Positions 1 through 10,515 of a stretch of 64,000 bases of DNA are shown here, one piece after another. Below the pieces are notes generated by a model. It had not been told where the DNA came from. It saw only the letters and a list, made by a program, of their open reading frames with translations, and made no database searches. Numbering within the stretch: the stretch's first letter is position 1; the number at the start of each line of letters is the position of its first letter. Source of the stretch: Candidatus Omnitrophota bacterium (lineage in GTDB: Bacteria; Omnitrophota; Omnitrophia; Omnitrophales; Aquincolibacteriaceae); assembly GCA_903884815.1 (NCBI GenBank), contig CAISGE010000004.1, forward strand, positions 5,136 to 69,135, in the 5' to 3' direction. The position numbers were made by a program, and so were the translations under genes.

Positions 1-833
1 ATCCTCGCCAGGGGTTCAAGACCGAGGGACTCCGCCCGATCACGGGTCGCGACGATGACGGCAGAACCTCCATCGGACACCGCGCAGGAATTCCCGGCCG
101 TCACTGTCCCACCTTCTTTAAACACCGCGGGCAATTGAGCGAGGGCCTTGCTATCAGTATTGGGATTAGGCCCCTCGTCAAAATCCAAGAAGTTCGCCAA
201 TCCTCCTTTTTGTGACCGACCGGAAAGCGCGATCGGAACGATCTCCGCTTTAAATCTGCCTTCTTTGACGGCACTGCAGGCCTTCTTGTGAGATTCCAGA
301 GCCCAGGCATCCTGGTCGATCCTGTTAATTCCAAATTCCACAGCCAGAGCTTCCGCCGTCTCTCCCATCATCATGCCGGACGATGGATCACGAAGTCCCT
401 CCCATAGAGTATCGATCATCTTGGAGTCACGGAGTTTCTTGCCGAACCGGAGATCCCGGTTCACGAAGGGTAAAGCCGACATCGCTTCCACACCCCCCGC
501 CAAAACCAATTCGGCATCCTCGCACAAGACCCTATGGGCTGCGCTCACAATCGACTGTAATCCTGAAGCGCAGTTCCGATTGACCGTGAATGCCGGAACC
601 CGCTGAGGGATTCCCGCCGCTAAGGCGCTTACCCGGGCCACATTATTCGCATCGGACTGTTGCGCCACACAGCCCAGGATCACTTCGTCAATGGCCTGAG
701 GGTCAAGGTGCGTTCGCTCTATAAGACCTCGAAGGACGACTTCCCCAAGCTTCTGGTTTGTAAAATCCCTGAGAGCCCCCCCCAATTTCCCTTGAGGCGT
801 GCGGACGGCTCCTGCGATGACAAGCTCTTTCAT
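1..833 (-). CDS. acetyl-CoA C-acyltransferase (thiolase), 3' end runs off the window
   Basis: Manual translation from ATG at 833: MKELVIAGAVRTPQGKLGG...NVARVSALAAG...TVNRNCASGLQ...AGGVEAMS...GTVTAGNSCAVSDG, all thiolase motifs; GGGAGA RBS upstream. Missing from the ORF track because there is no stop in the window. Confidence 0.93.
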   Translation of the reverse strand, partial: MKELVIAGAVRTPQGKLGGALRDFTNQKLGEVVLRGLIERTHLDPQAIDEVILGCVAQQSDANNVARVSALAAGIPQRVPAFTVNRNCASGLQSIVSAAHRVLCEDAELVLAGGVEAMSALPFVNRDLRFGKKLRDSKMIDTLWEGLRDPSSGMMMGETAEALAVEFGINRIDQDAWALESHKKACSAVKEGRFKAEIVPIALSGRSQKGGLANFLDFDEGPNPNTDSKALAQLPAVFKEGGTVTAGNSCAVSDGGSAVIVATRDRAESLGLEPLAR

Positions 834-869
834 TGGGTGCTTCTCCCTATGAGATAAAAGATGACGTGT

Positions 870-2900
870 TTATTCTAGCAGAAGCTGACGCATATCCGCC
901 AGCTGTTCGCGGGCCTTTTTCATACCTTCATCGATGAATTTGCCTGGAGAGAAAAACTCGATCCAATGGGCGTTTGGCGCCGCGGCATGAATAAAAATAT
1001 CCGCCTCACTGCCTTCCATTCTCGCGATCTCAAACTCGGTAAACATGATAGAATTCATCAAGACATTAAAGATATTCGCGGTATAACGGCGCTGAACACG
1101 ATCCAAAGTCTTAGTCATCATACGCTGCCAGTACCCTTGCTTTTGAAAAGCTTGATGAAACAACTTGCGCCGGAATTCATTACGCTCGATCAGGTCCTTC
1201 GGCGCGGGCAAGACATTCACAGCAATGATCTTCCGCACACCCATATTCGACAGGATCTTCACAGGCAACGGATCCACGACCCCGCCATCGATCAAATAAC
1301 TCCCCTTGTAGGGATAAGGACGAAAAAAACCGGGGATCGAGATCGAGGCACGAACAGCGTTGATCACATTCCCGGAATCCAGAACCACTTCCTCCGAGGT
1401 CAGAAGATCCGTCGCCACCATTTTCACAGGGATCCGGAGGTCCTGAAATGTCATGTCTTTCAAATACGCGGAAAGAAAACGTGCGATCTGATTCCCTTTG
1501 AAAAACCCATGGTGGAGAGCGGAGATATCCCCGAACCCCAGGATCTTGAAGAAAGCATTCTTCTTGTCGAGCGATTTTGTAATCTTTTCGATCTCGTGAG
1601 AATCATAACCGGCGGCCCACAGAGCCGCGATAAGCGCCCCGATGCTGGACCCGGCAATAATATCGACCGGGATTTTTTCCTGTTCCAGAACGCGCAACAC
1701 GCCGATATGCGAAAGACCATATGCGGCCCCGCTTCCCAAGACAAGCCCCACCAACCTTTCCGACCATTCCTTGGCCAAAAAAGTCAGCGTTTTTTCATAC
1801 TGGTATCGCTGATACTGCAGCGACGGCAACGTGGAAAAAAGCTGTATGTCCGATGTGGAGCCGACCCCCGAGGGGCTCGAGAACTTTCCTTCTTGGGACG
1901 GCATGATGATCTTGACCTCATTACGGCCAAACCCGAAGTCCTGGCAAAGCTCCTCAACTTTTTGGGCCGCGAACGCAAAGACATCCGAACGTTTCTCGGC
2001 CCAGAGATAAACCCGGTCGGAGTAATTCAGGGCCTTGACAGCCACAGGCGTATTGCGATCAGGCAGACACACCACGAGATAATCATAGCGGTAGGTCAAG
2101 TAGGTGAGAAGCGTCGCGAACTTCTTCTCCTCCGCATTCAACGCTTCATTCACAGTAAAAGTCAATAGATCGAAGCTGTCCTCCCGAGCCTGGATCGCCT
2201 TATGGATCACGGACTCGCTGGTAGGGTCCATAGTCCCCAGATCGAAACCCGAGAAGTCTCCCCCCCGAAACACCGCGGGCAATAGGCCCATTATTTTCCC
2301 CGAGAGATCCATTAAAAGAACTTTGCTCTGCGTTTCACGCCGGAGGGTTTTAATAAAATCATCCAGAAAGGACGCCATTCCCTGGGTCGAGGCCGCGAAA
2401 TAAAAAGCCGCGATGCGAACCTCGCGACGATGATGGCTGTAGCCCAATTCTTCACGGGTCAGATGACGCCCGAGTGAACGACTCAGGTGGAGGGCGAGCG
2501 CCGGTATCTCATGAAGGAGTTTCTGGAAACTCTCAGCGCTGATTTTGAGAGCAACGGCATCCGTCTTGGCCTCAACGGAAGCGCTATGAACATTTCCAGT
2601 GAGAAGAGACGTCTCGCCAAAATGCTCCCCCCGGTAGAAAAAAAGAAGCGTGGTTTCGCTATCCCGACCCCGGCCCCGTTTAAAAAGTCGGAAACGTCCG
2701 GAGATAATGATGTAGAAAGCGTCCGGCTTCGTTCCCTCTTCATAAATGATATCGCCGCGCTTGAACCCCACAAGGCGTGAATGTTGTTCGATCAGTGCCT
2801 GTTCGTCCGCGGTGAGAGAGGAGAATAGCGTGATGGGATCCAAAAGATAGCCCTCTTTGAACTCGGGCTTATTTTTTTTGCCAAAGGAAAAGAAATTCAT
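870..2900 (-). CDS. cNMP-binding domain + patatin-like phospholipase (NTE/RssA-like)
   Basis: N-terminal CRP-type cNMP domain (IIYEEG..FGETSLL); C-terminal patatin with Gly-rich GSGAAYG, GSSIG nucleophile and DGG motif. Confidence 0.9.
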   Translation of the reverse strand: MNFFSFGKKNKPEFKEGYLLDPITLFSSLTADEQALIEQHSRLVGFKRGDIIYEEGTKPDAFYIIISGRFRLFKRGRGRDSETTLLFFYRGEHFGETSLLTGNVHSASVEAKTDAVALKISAESFQKLLHEIPALALHLSRSLGRHLTREELGYSHHRREVRIAAFYFAASTQGMASFLDDFIKTLRRETQSKVLLMDLSGKIMGLLPAVFRGGDFSGFDLGTMDPTSESVIHKAIQAREDSFDLLTFTVNEALNAEEKKFATLLTYLTYRYDYLVVCLPDRNTPVAVKALNYSDRVYLWAEKRSDVFAFAAQKVEELCQDFGFGRNEVKIIMPSQEGKFSSPSGVGSTSDIQLFSTLPSLQYQRYQYEKTLTFLAKEWSERLVGLVLGSGAAYGLSHIGVLRVLEQEKIPVDIIAGSSIGALIAALWAAGYDSHEIEKITKSLDKKNAFFKILGFGDISALHHGFFKGNQIARFLSAYLKDMTFQDLRIPVKMVATDLLTSEEVVLDSGNVINAVRASISIPGFFRPYPYKGSYLIDGGVVDPLPVKILSNMGVRKIIAVNVLPAPKDLIERNEFRRKLFHQAFQKQGYWQRMMTKTLDRVQRRYTANIFNVLMNSIMFTEFEIARMEGSEADIFIHAAAPNAHWIEFFSPGKFIDEGMKKAREQLADMRQLLLE

Positions 2901-3051
2901 GATATTTATGTATCGGCAGGAAAGTCTATCCCCTTATAGGGACCATACCAAGAAAGGGCCACGCCTTATTAAGGCTATTAAGTGCGGGGGAGAACGTTCT
3001 GATCTTAATCGGCAGAGCGAAAACGGAAGCCTAACTCAGGCGATCAAACGA

Positions 3052-3441
3052 CTACCACTCCTGAACGCTTTCAGGATCTGCATAATCATTGACCTTGGTT
3101 TCCAGCCAATGGTTATAGGCATAATCCAGAACGCGGAATTTATCCACGGGATCCATATTCTGCAGTTGAACCCCTTGGTCAAACCCCTGGTCCGTGCCAT
3201 CGGAAGGTCGCGACCACATGACAAGTCCCGTGCTAAAAATAGGCTTAGGATCGTCAGGAATCGTGATCTCAAGGTCCAAGCGGGTCCCCTCAGGCAGGGA
3301 TTTTTCCAAATTGATCTTTAATCCTTCGCGGCAAAGGTCCCGGCTCAAGCCGACCCCTTTGATGGATGTTGATTCGGTTCCAGTGTACTTCACACTCATG
3401 TAAGCGTCGAAGCGCTTGAACCTTCGTTTATCACTTTCCAT
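3052..3441 (-). CDS. PilZ domain protein
   Basis: RRFKR and DLCREG match the RxxxR and D/NxSxxG c-di-GMP motifs; AAGGAG RBS. Confidence 0.85.
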   Translation of the reverse strand: MESDKRRFKRFDAYMSVKYTGTESTSIKGVGLSRDLCREGLKINLEKSLPEGTRLDLEITIPDDPKPIFSTGLVMWSRPSDGTDQGFDQGVQLQNMDPVDKFRVLDYAYNHWLETKVNDYADPESVQEW

Positions 3442-3691
3442 GTCCCGCTCCTTTACTTTTTATACTTTCGCATTTAGAGGAAATAATTCTATTCTCTTCG
3501 AATTGATTATCGGCTTGTTCTGTGATTAATTAATGCATTACCGCATCATCCAACGAAAAATTAACACATGGCTGTGAAATTAGCAAGGCCCTGAGGTGTT
3601 ATTTATTGCAAAAAGTCTGCTCGGAATAAAAGCCTCCGAACGACCCAAACAAGCGACCAAAAAGCGCCGCAACTCTTTATAATTAAAAGGG

Positions 3692-4189
3692 TTATCGAAA
3701 GTTTGTAAACTGAATTGGGAGGGTTAAAGGAGCTGTCCTCAAATGTTGCATGACAGACTGGAGGTCGTCTTTATTCTTAGAGGTCACTCGAATCTCATCT
3801 CCCTGGATGGCGGCCTGAACTTTCACGGGAAGATCCTTTATAATCTTCACGATCTCTTTAGCTTTCTCTTGCGAGATTCCTTGCGTCAGAGCCACTTCCT
3901 GGCGGAGACAGCCATCAAAAGCTTTCTCGGCGGTCATAAACTCCAGAGACTTCTGGGAAATCTTCCGGCTAGCAAACCTTGTCCTGAGAATGTCCTGGAG
4001 ATTCCTCAATTTCATATCATCATCCGCGATGATCTGGATCTTCTTTTCATCCTTCAGGAATTCCAACGTGCTTTTGCTCCCCTTGAAATCAAAACGGGTC
4101 GCGAGCTCTTTTTTGGCCTGGTTCACAGCATTGTCGACTTCCTGGAGATCGATCTGTGAAACAATATCAAAAGAGGGCTGCTGCGCCAT
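3692..4189 (-). CDS. yajQ: YajQ family nucleotide/c-di-GMP-binding protein
   Basis: PSFDIVS, NAVNQAKKELATRFDFKG, KVQAAIQGDEIRV, QFTNFR are YajQ signatures. Confidence 0.96.
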   Translation of the reverse strand: MAQQPSFDIVSQIDLQEVDNAVNQAKKELATRFDFKGSKSTLEFLKDEKKIQIIADDDMKLRNLQDILRTRFASRKISQKSLEFMTAEKAFDGCLRQEVALTQGISQEKAKEIVKIIKDLPVKVQAAIQGDEIRVTSKNKDDLQSVMQHLRTAPLTLPIQFTNFR

Positions 4190-4201
4190 GGGGTAGAGCC
4201 G

Positions 4202-4570
4202 TCAGGAGTTTTTTGTGGGAGGCGTGATAAAAGCATGCAAACGTTTGCGGGAGAATTCATCCATATCCAAAAACTCAAACCCTGTATCAAAATTCTTTTT
4301 TGAAGTCTTGCGTTCCTGACTCGGGATCACCCAAACACAACGACCTGTGCACTGAACCGGCGTCTCCCCGTCCTTCAGTTCAAGGCTGATTTTGCAGCGA
4401 TCAAACCGCTCCAGAGGTTCGGGAAGCATGAGCGAAACTCCCCCCATCCCGACATCCTCCGTACTTGCAGAAAAAGTCTTCTGCTTTCCAACGGGCTGGA
4501 TCTGAACCTCGCAGGTGAGATGAAGCCTTGGAAATTTACGTTTATTAAATCCATCCCACAAAGAATTCAT
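4202..4570 (-). CDS. PilZ domain protein
   Basis: RKFPR and DVGMGG motifs; C-terminal GFEF. Confidence 0.85.
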   Translation of the reverse strand: MNSLWDGFNKRKFPRLHLTCEVQIQPVGKQKTFSASTEDVGMGGVSLMLPEPLERFDRCKISLELKDGETPVQCTGRCVWVIPSQERKTSKKNFDTGFEFLDMDEFSRKRLHAFITPPTKNS

Positions 4571-5541
4571 GTCTTAGTCGCCTTCACAAAAGCATCCTGA
4601 AAAGGCCGCGCCACATCTTTTGTTTTGAATTTTGAAAGATGCGCCTGTGCTTCGGCCTCCGTGCGAAAACTCCCGATCAGCACCAGGTAAAACAGACGGC
4701 CGCTCGGCCTCGAGTTCTCCTTTACGAAAGCGGGAACTCCCGCCTTCTTGAAAGAAGCCACGATCTGTTCCGCATCGGATCGCGTCGGGTAGGTGACCAC
4801 TTGAATAACATAGGAGTTCTTGACCGGCGCCGGCGTCACCGTGACATCTGCGGGGCCAGAAGTGCGCGGCGCAAAAGCAACTTTTGGCTTCACCGAAGCC
4901 GCAGTGTTAACGACAGAAGACACAGAAGACGGAATTACTGCCTGAGCCGGAGCCGGGGCATGTTCTCGGGGCATGTTGTAACGCACGCGCAGGGCCACTT
5001 CCCGCTGAGAATTGAGCGCATTAACACCGAAGAAAAGAAGGAAGACAACAAGGATAGCCCCTCCCCACACAAGTCCACGCCTCAGCATGGAATGCTTCGG
5101 ACTTAGAAGGTTTTTGCAAATCGCAACAACAGAATTCATCAGTTGCTGCTGGGGGCGATTCGAAGCCGTGCGGGCCGAAGCATCCGCAAAAGAGGAGGCA
5201 TTCAATTGCGAAGTGGTCCGACTTTCAAAATCATGAAGCGGCACATAGCGGGGCGCATTGTCAGACGACCGCTTCTCAGCAACCGACGCAGGGGGTTCTA
5301 CCTCGGGAGTGGTCAGAGACCCTTTCGATTGAAAAAAAAGGTCCTCGACAGGGTCTTTATCGGAGATCGCTTTTCGCGAAGGCGTCGGTGTAACCACGGG
5401 ATCGCTGAAACGCTCCCGCTCCCCAATCGCAACGTGGGGAACCTGAGAAAGAATGTCTCCGTATAGTTTTTTCTGGATCTCAGATTCTGTCAACACGGAA
5501 TCCGAACCTGCATTGGCTCTCTTTTTCTGAAAAAACCCCAT
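4567..5541 (-). CDS. SPOR domain membrane protein
   Basis: Low-complexity N-terminus, one TM (GLVWGGAILVVFLLFFGV), C-terminal SPOR (YVIQV...FYLVLIGSF). Start placed at MGFFQKK, just after the upstream stop. Confidence 0.8.
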   Translation of the reverse strand: MGFFQKKRANAGSDSVLTESEIQKKLYGDILSQVPHVAIGERERFSDPVVTPTPSRKAISDKDPVEDLFFQSKGSLTTPEVEPPASVAEKRSSDNAPRYVPLHDFESRTTSQLNASSFADASARTASNRPQQQLMNSVVAICKNLLSPKHSMLRRGLVWGGAILVVFLLFFGVNALNSQREVALRVRYNMPREHAPAPAQAVIPSSVSSVVNTAASVKPKVAFAPRTSGPADVTVTPAPVKNSYVIQVVTYPTRSDAEQIVASFKKAGVPAFVKENSRPSGRLFYLVLIGSFRTEAEAQAHLSKFKTKDVARPFQDAFVKATKT

Positions 5542-5542
5542 G

Positions 5543-6040
5543 CTAGTCTTTCCCTTTCCCGGCATGAGCCGCCTCACGAAGCGACAGCGACAACTTGATC
5601 AGCTCGACAGGTCCCAAAACGATGTGGGCACGCTGCGCAAAACCGTTCTTGCGACAAAGCTCGATCGCCCCCGACATCCGGGAGGTCGTTTTAAAGACGA
5701 CCTCTTCATACCCGACTTCCCGGCAAAACTCCAGGGCCCGATCGATCAAACGCTTGCCGATTTTCAGATTACGATGCGTCGGAGCGACAAAGAGCCTGCG
5801 CAACAACGCGACGCGCCCATCCTCTTTCTTGATCGCGACTGTCCCGACAATTTTATGAGACTGATTTTCCACCGCGACAAAGAATGCCTCGCCGATCCCC
5901 CCGTAGGCTTTCTCAATACACTCAACGTCCTCGGTAGGATACGCGTGTTTCGCATCATGGAATTCCCGGTCCATTATTCCGCAGATAAGTTCCACAACAG
6001 CGGAGTCATCGTCTTTAACCGACCTTCGGATCGTGATCAT
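5543..6040 (-). CDS. GNAT family N-acetyltransferase
   Basis: LRRLFVAPTHRNLKIGKRL acetyl-CoA motif A; AIELCRKNGF motif. Confidence 0.9.
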   Translation of the reverse strand: MITIRRSVKDDDSAVVELICGIMDREFHDAKHAYPTEDVECIEKAYGGIGEAFFVAVENQSHKIVGTVAIKKEDGRVALLRRLFVAPTHRNLKIGKRLIDRALEFCREVGYEEVVFKTTSRMSGAIELCRKNGFAQRAHIVLGPVELIKLSLSLREAAHAGKGKD

Positions 6041-6059
6041 AAGACTCAGTTAAACTCCA

Positions 6060-6347
6060 TTAGGATTTCTTAGCGGGGGCCGCCGTCTTCCCGGCTGCGG
6101 GTTTTGCGCCAGCGGCGGGAGCTGCTGCCGCGCCAGGAGCCGCAACTCCGTCAGCCGCCGCAACTTTGGCTTCCTTGACCTTCTTCATCTTGACTTTCAT
6201 CGACTTGACCTTCGGAAGATTGTAGGCTGTGTCGCGCGTGCTCCACTTGCCCATCTCCTGAAGTTTTTTGACGCGCTCGAGGCGCTTGAACACATTGCGA
6301 TGCTTGGCTCCGACGCTGTCAGAACGCAGGCTGGGATGTTGAGACAT
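6060..6347 (-). CDS. PVC-superphylum signature small basic protein (TIGR04137-like)
   Basis: MSQHPSL...HRNVFKRLERV...W...LPKVK matches the PVC signature protein; Ala/Lys tail; AAAGGAG RBS before ATG 6347. Confidence 0.88.
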   Translation of the reverse strand: MSQHPSLRSDSVGAKHRNVFKRLERVKKLQEMGKWSTRDTAYNLPKVKSMKVKMKKVKEAKVAAADGVAAPGAAAAPAAGAKPAAGKTAAPAKKS

Positions 6348-6411
6348 AAGACAATGAACTCCTTTGTTTTTTATTGGATCGTTCCGAGCAGCAATTCTGC
6401 TAGAGGACCGT

Positions 6412-6439
6412 ATTATACTGATGCTCCGTAAAATGGCTA
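6412..6439 (-). promoter_or_regulatory. candidate sigma70 promoter for the small basic protein gene
   Basis: Minus strand TAGCCA-N16-TATAAT; perfect -10, weak -35. Confidence 0.4.
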
Positions 6440-6579
6440 GTCCCAATTCTAATCAATTTCAGTTCATCTGACCTGAGCAAACCTTGTCCACGATTTATCA
6501 GGGGAAGAGAAGACACGAAACTCTGGAAAGATCCCGCGAAAGTTATTTATCGAGATTTCCCAGAAATAAAAAAGGACGC

Positions 6580-7185
6580 TCAGCGAACCATCGGCCGGAC
6601 GTACGCATCCCCCGACACGAGATTCTGTGTGCGCAACTGCTTGAGGATCTTGTTGGCATCCTGGCGAGACTGGAAAGCGGCAATACAAACCTGAAGATGC
6701 TTCCCGCTCGGGATGATAAAGGAGTTATACCCCCTTTGAGCAAGCTTCTGGATCTCACGATCCGCGGCCGATTGGGTGATGTAAGTCACATGCTGGATCG
6801 TGAATTTTCCGTCGGGCCGGGTCACTGTCGCAACAGGTCTGGGTAACTCCGCCACAGTGATAGGAACTTCTTTAGGCACGGATTCATCACGCAAAACAAC
6901 AGCGCTCGTTTTAACAGCAGGAACAACCACGGGTGCAGAAACAGCGGGCAACACATCCGACTGAGCGATCGGGGTGATCACCTGGCTTTCGTGAGTAAGT
7001 CTCTTCCCCTTTTCAACCCCCCAGGAAAAAGCAAGCACATAGAAAACAAGCAGCGCCAGCGTCAGCCCGATCGTCTGGTCCAAACGCAAAGTCAGGAATT
7101 TAATTTCAAGAAAAGAACTTCGAGAAACCACCGGCTCGTCCGAAAGCGTCCGTGGGGTGGGTAGATCAAACAATTCAGTTTGCAT
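6580..7185 (-). CDS. SPOR domain membrane protein
   Basis: TM (IGLTLALLVFYVLAFSWGV) and C-terminal SPOR (FTIQHVTY...QVCIAAF); GGAGG RBS before ATG 7185. Confidence 0.78.
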   Translation of the reverse strand: MQTELFDLPTPRTLSDEPVVSRSSFLEIKFLTLRLDQTIGLTLALLVFYVLAFSWGVEKGKRLTHESQVITPIAQSDVLPAVSAPVVVPAVKTSAVVLRDESVPKEVPITVAELPRPVATVTRPDGKFTIQHVTYITQSAADREIQKLAQRGYNSFIIPSGKHLQVCIAAFQSRQDANKILKQLRTQNLVSGDAYVRPMVR

Positions 7186-7293
7186 TTTAGTTTCCTCCGC
7201 ACATTCATTTACGGCAAAGCGCACGGAAAGATTTAGCAAAAACTAGCGGAAAGATGAAGAAAAAAGACGAGAAAAAATGCTACGGAGTAACGC

Positions 7294-7340
7294 TCGATGG
7301 CGGATGAAGAAAACTGTTCACTTCCTTCATCCGCCATCGA
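7294..7340 (-). terminator. 16-bp-stem hairpin downstream of lepB, possible terminator
   Basis: TCGATGGCGGATGAAG...CTTCATCCGCCATCGA perfect inverted repeat; U-rich tract only about 15 nt further on. Confidence 0.5.
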
Positions 7341-7350
7341 AGGTTCAGTT

Positions 7351-8007
7351 TTATTTGGCGAGTTTGATCCTCTGTGGAGGCCACCAGATCATAAAGGCTT
7401 TTCCGACAAGATTTTTCTTGGGAACAAATCCCCACTGACGGCTGTCGGCCGAATGCGCCGAATTGTCGCCCAATGCGAAGTATTGTCCTTCGGGCACGCG
7501 AATCACAAGACCGGATTTTCCATATTGCCAGTCTTCGAAGTTGTAGTAGTGATTCTTGGAAAACGGCGGCTCAGTAATCGGTTTTCCGTTCACGATCAAA
7601 ACTCCATTGCGAATCTCCAGCGCGTCCCCGGGGAGTCCTGCCAGACGTTTCACAAAATCTTTTTTCGGGTCCACCGGATACTTGAAGACAATGATGTCAC
7701 CGCGCTCCGGCGAGTGGAAACGATAGCTCAACTTATCGACAAATATCTTGTCTTCTTCCATGAACGTGGGCTTCATGGAACCGGTCGGAATTTTGTAAGG
7801 CCCAAAGATGAACGTGCGGATAATAATGGCCAGCACCGCGGCCACAAGAAGGGGTTCCCCCCATTCCTTCCAAAACATAAAAAGTCCGCGCTTCGAATAA
7901 CGGATCAAGTAATAGGCGATCATGACCCCAAGGGCCACAACCCCGAGCATCAGCATGTGTATCGTTTGAGCATCCATATTTTCTAGCATATAAATACTGT
8001 TCTCCAT
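7351..8007 (-). CDS. lepB: signal peptidase I
   Basis: IPTGSMKPT (catalytic Ser), FVKR (Lys), GDNSAHSADSRQWG; follows lepA. Confidence 0.96.
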   Translation of the reverse strand: MENSIYMLENMDAQTIHMLMLGVVALGVMIAYYLIRYSKRGLFMFWKEWGEPLLVAAVLAIIIRTFIFGPYKIPTGSMKPTFMEEDKIFVDKLSYRFHSPERGDIIVFKYPVDPKKDFVKRLAGLPGDALEIRNGVLIVNGKPITEPPFSKNHYYNFEDWQYGKSGLVIRVPEGQYFALGDNSAHSADSRQWGFVPKKNLVGKAFMIWWPPQRIKLAK

Positions 8008-8068
8008 TTGATATTAAGGGTTAACAGTACCATCCCGCCTTCCCCTTAAATTGAACTGTCAGGCGGTA

Positions 8069-9853
8069 TCAGTCCACCTTCAAAATACTGATAAAAGCTT
8101 CTTGCGGGAGCTCCACTGTTCCGATCTGTTTCATGCGCTTCTTCCCTTCTTTCTGCTTTTCCCAAAGCTTGCGCTTACGTGTGATATCGCCGCCATAACA
8201 TTTGGCGGTCACATTTTTCTTGATCGCCGCGATCGAATCGCGAGCGATGATCTTCGCACCGATCGCCGCCTGGATCACAACCTCGAACATTTGCCGTGGG
8301 ATCACTTCCTTGAGTTTCTCCACGAGGGCCTTCCCCCGAGGGTAGGCCTTTTCCTTCCAGGTGATGATCGCGAGTGAGTCGATCGGTTCGCCATTGATCA
8401 AAATGTCCATTTTGACAAGGTCGGAGGGTTTATGCCCGATAAAATCATAATTAAGCGACCCATACCCGGCGGTAAACGACTTGATCTTGTCATAAAAATC
8501 CATCACGATCTCAGCGAACGGAATGTCATAGGTGACCACCGCGCGTTTCGTATCGAGATATTCCGTACTCTTGTACGTCCCCCGACGGTCCTGGCAAAGT
8601 TGCATGATCACCCCGAGCGCCGTGGTCGGGATCATCACGTGAGCCCGGATGTAGGGCTCCTCGATAATCTCGATCTGCTGGACCGGAGGCAGGTTGGTCG
8701 GATTCTCGATCTCGAGGATCTCGCCTTTTGTTGTCAGCACTTTGTAGACCACGCTCGGCGCTGTGATGATCAATGCGAGATTAAACTCCCGCTCGAGCCG
8801 CTCTTTGATAATGTCCATATGAAGAAGCCCGAGAAATCCGCAGCGGTATCCGTGCCCGAGCGACGCCGAAGATTCCGGCTCATAGACGAAGGAAGAATCA
8901 TTGAGACGCAGCTTCGCGAGAGCGTCCCTCAAGAGCGCAAAGTCATTGGCCTGAATGGGATAAAGGCCGCAAAAAACCATGGGTTTTACTTCCTGATACC
9001 CCGGCAAAGGCTCCGTGGCAGGATTGAGGGCGAGCGTCATCGTATCCCCGATCTTGACCTCCGAAATATCCTTAATGTTCGCGTTCATGTAGCCGACCGC
9101 GCCGACCCCCAACTCGTCGACCACTTCGGGATTGGGATTAAAAATACCGACCTGATCCACTTCGTGCTGGTTGTGGGTCTGCATCATCAAAACCTGGTCA
9201 TGCGTGCGGAGTTTTCCGTCAATAATACGGAAATAGGCCACGACCCCCTGATAACTGTCGAACTTGGAATCGAATATAAGGGCACGGAGCGGCTTTTCCA
9301 TATCGCCCTGGGGCGGAGGGATCTTCTCAAGGATCGCCGTCAGGATCTCCTCGGTGCCTTCCCCCGTCTTCGCGCTTGAGAGAATAATTTCACTTCCATC
9401 GACTCCCAGAAAGTCGACGATCTCTTTTCGCACACGCTCCGGTTCGGCGGTCGGAAGATCGATCTTCGTGATAATAGGAATGATCTTGAGATTCCGTTCC
9501 ATCGCCAGATAAAGATTCGTCACGGTCTGAGCCTGGATCCCCTGCCCGGCATCCACGAGAAGCAGTACGCCTTCACAGGACGCGAGACTTTTGGAAACCT
9601 CATAGGTGAAATCAATATGTCCCGGCGTGTCGATCAGGTTCAGCCAGTGGTCCTTGTAATGGATACGCACAGCACGGGCCTTGATCGTGATACCGCGCTC
9701 ACGCTCCAGCTCCATGTCATCCAGGATCTGAGCTCTAAATTCACGCTGGGAGATAGCCCCGGTATGGAGTAGCAGACGGTCAGCGAGCGTAGACTTCCCG
9801 TGGTCAATATGGGCAATAATGGAAAAGTTGCGGATCTGGGCGGGATTTATCAT
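8069..9853 (-). CDS. lepA: translation elongation factor 4
   Basis: [47 protein letters not shown]. Confidence 0.99.
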   Translation of the reverse strand: MINPAQIRNFSIIAHIDHGKSTLADRLLLHTGAISQREFRAQILDDMELERERGITIKARAVRIHYKDHWLNLIDTPGHIDFTYEVSKSLASCEGVLLLVDAGQGIQAQTVTNLYLAMERNLKIIPIITKIDLPTAEPERVRKEIVDFLGVDGSEIILSSAKTGEGTEEILTAILEKIPPPQGDMEKPLRALIFDSKFDSYQGVVAYFRIIDGKLRTHDQVLMMQTHNQHEVDQVGIFNPNPEVVDELGVGAVGYMNANIKDISEVKIGDTMTLALNPATEPLPGYQEVKPMVFCGLYPIQANDFALLRDALAKLRLNDSSFVYEPESSASLGHGYRCGFLGLLHMDIIKERLEREFNLALIITAPSVVYKVLTTKGEILEIENPTNLPPVQQIEIIEEPYIRAHVMIPTTALGVIMQLCQDRRGTYKSTEYLDTKRAVVTYDIPFAEIVMDFYDKIKSFTAGYGSLNYDFIGHKPSDLVKMDILINGEPIDSLAIITWKEKAYPRGKALVEKLKEVIPRQMFEVVIQAAIGAKIIARDSIAAIKKNVTAKCYGGDITRKRKLWEKQKEGKKRMKQIGTVELPQEAFISILKVD

Positions 9854-9855
9854 GA

Positions 9856-10506
9856 TCAGGAATTCTGGGCGGCGTCCCTGAGTTCGCGCATCGCCGCGCC
9901 GCGGTCCGGCTTTCCAAAAACCGAGCTCCCAGCGACAAGCAGGTCCGCTCCAGCGAGAACCACCTGAGAAGCGTTTCCGGCAGTGATGCCGCCGTCCACG
10001 GAAATAAGACCTTCAAACTTCGAGCGCAGAACCTTGACCTTCTCCATCATGTCCGGCATAAACTTCTGCCCGCCGAATCCCGGCTCCACGGACATCACGA
10101 GAACCATATCAAGCTCCGGGAGATAAGGAAGTACGGTCTCAACCGGCGTTTTCGGTCGAAGCGAAAGCCCGGTCTTGGCTCCTGACTCACGGATCATGCG
10201 GAGTACGCCGTGAATATCTTTTTCTGCCTCCACGTGGACCGTGATCCAGTCCGCGCCCGCCTTACGGAATTCCGCGACATAACGGGACGGCGTATCGATC
10301 ATCAGATGCACATCAAGCGGCAATTCCGTGACCCGGTGGACCGCGGCAACCACAAGGGGCCCGATCGTGATATTCGGCACAAAGCTACCGTCCATCACAT
10401 CGATATGAAGCGCGTCACATCCGGCGTTCTCGACATCGCGGACTTCTTCGGCCAAACGGCTAAAATCCGCCGAAAGCAAACTGGGGGCGATCAGGATCTT
10501 TTTCAC
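9856..10506 (-). CDS. rpe: ribulose-phosphate 3-epimerase
   Basis: [36 protein letters not shown]. Confidence 0.98.
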   Translation of the reverse strand: MKKILIAPSLLSADFSRLAEEVRDVENAGCDALHIDVMDGSFVPNITIGPLVVAAVHRVTELPLDVHLMIDTPSRYVAEFRKAGADWITVHVEAEKDIHGVLRMIRESGAKTGLSLRPKTPVETVLPYLPELDMVLVMSVEPGFGGQKFMPDMMEKVKVLRSKFEGLISVDGGITAGNASQVVLAGADLLVAGSSVFGKPDRGAAMRELRDAAQNS

Positions 10507-10515
10507 GCAGACACC

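Noticed and set aside
966-2168. Long plus-strand ORFs (also 8432-9379, 25384-26193, 48207-49043, 59919-60896 and others)
   Set aside because: Antisense shadows of well-supported minus-strand genes; no recognisable motifs.
2982-3005. tRNA-like 3' end (GTGCGGGGGAGA)
   Set aside because: No TTCGA T-loop and no cloverleaf.
3442-3691. c-di-GMP riboswitch or ncRNA between yajQ and pilZ
   Set aside because: Only an AAAGCCTCCG fragment, on the wrong strand; the rest of the aptamer is absent.
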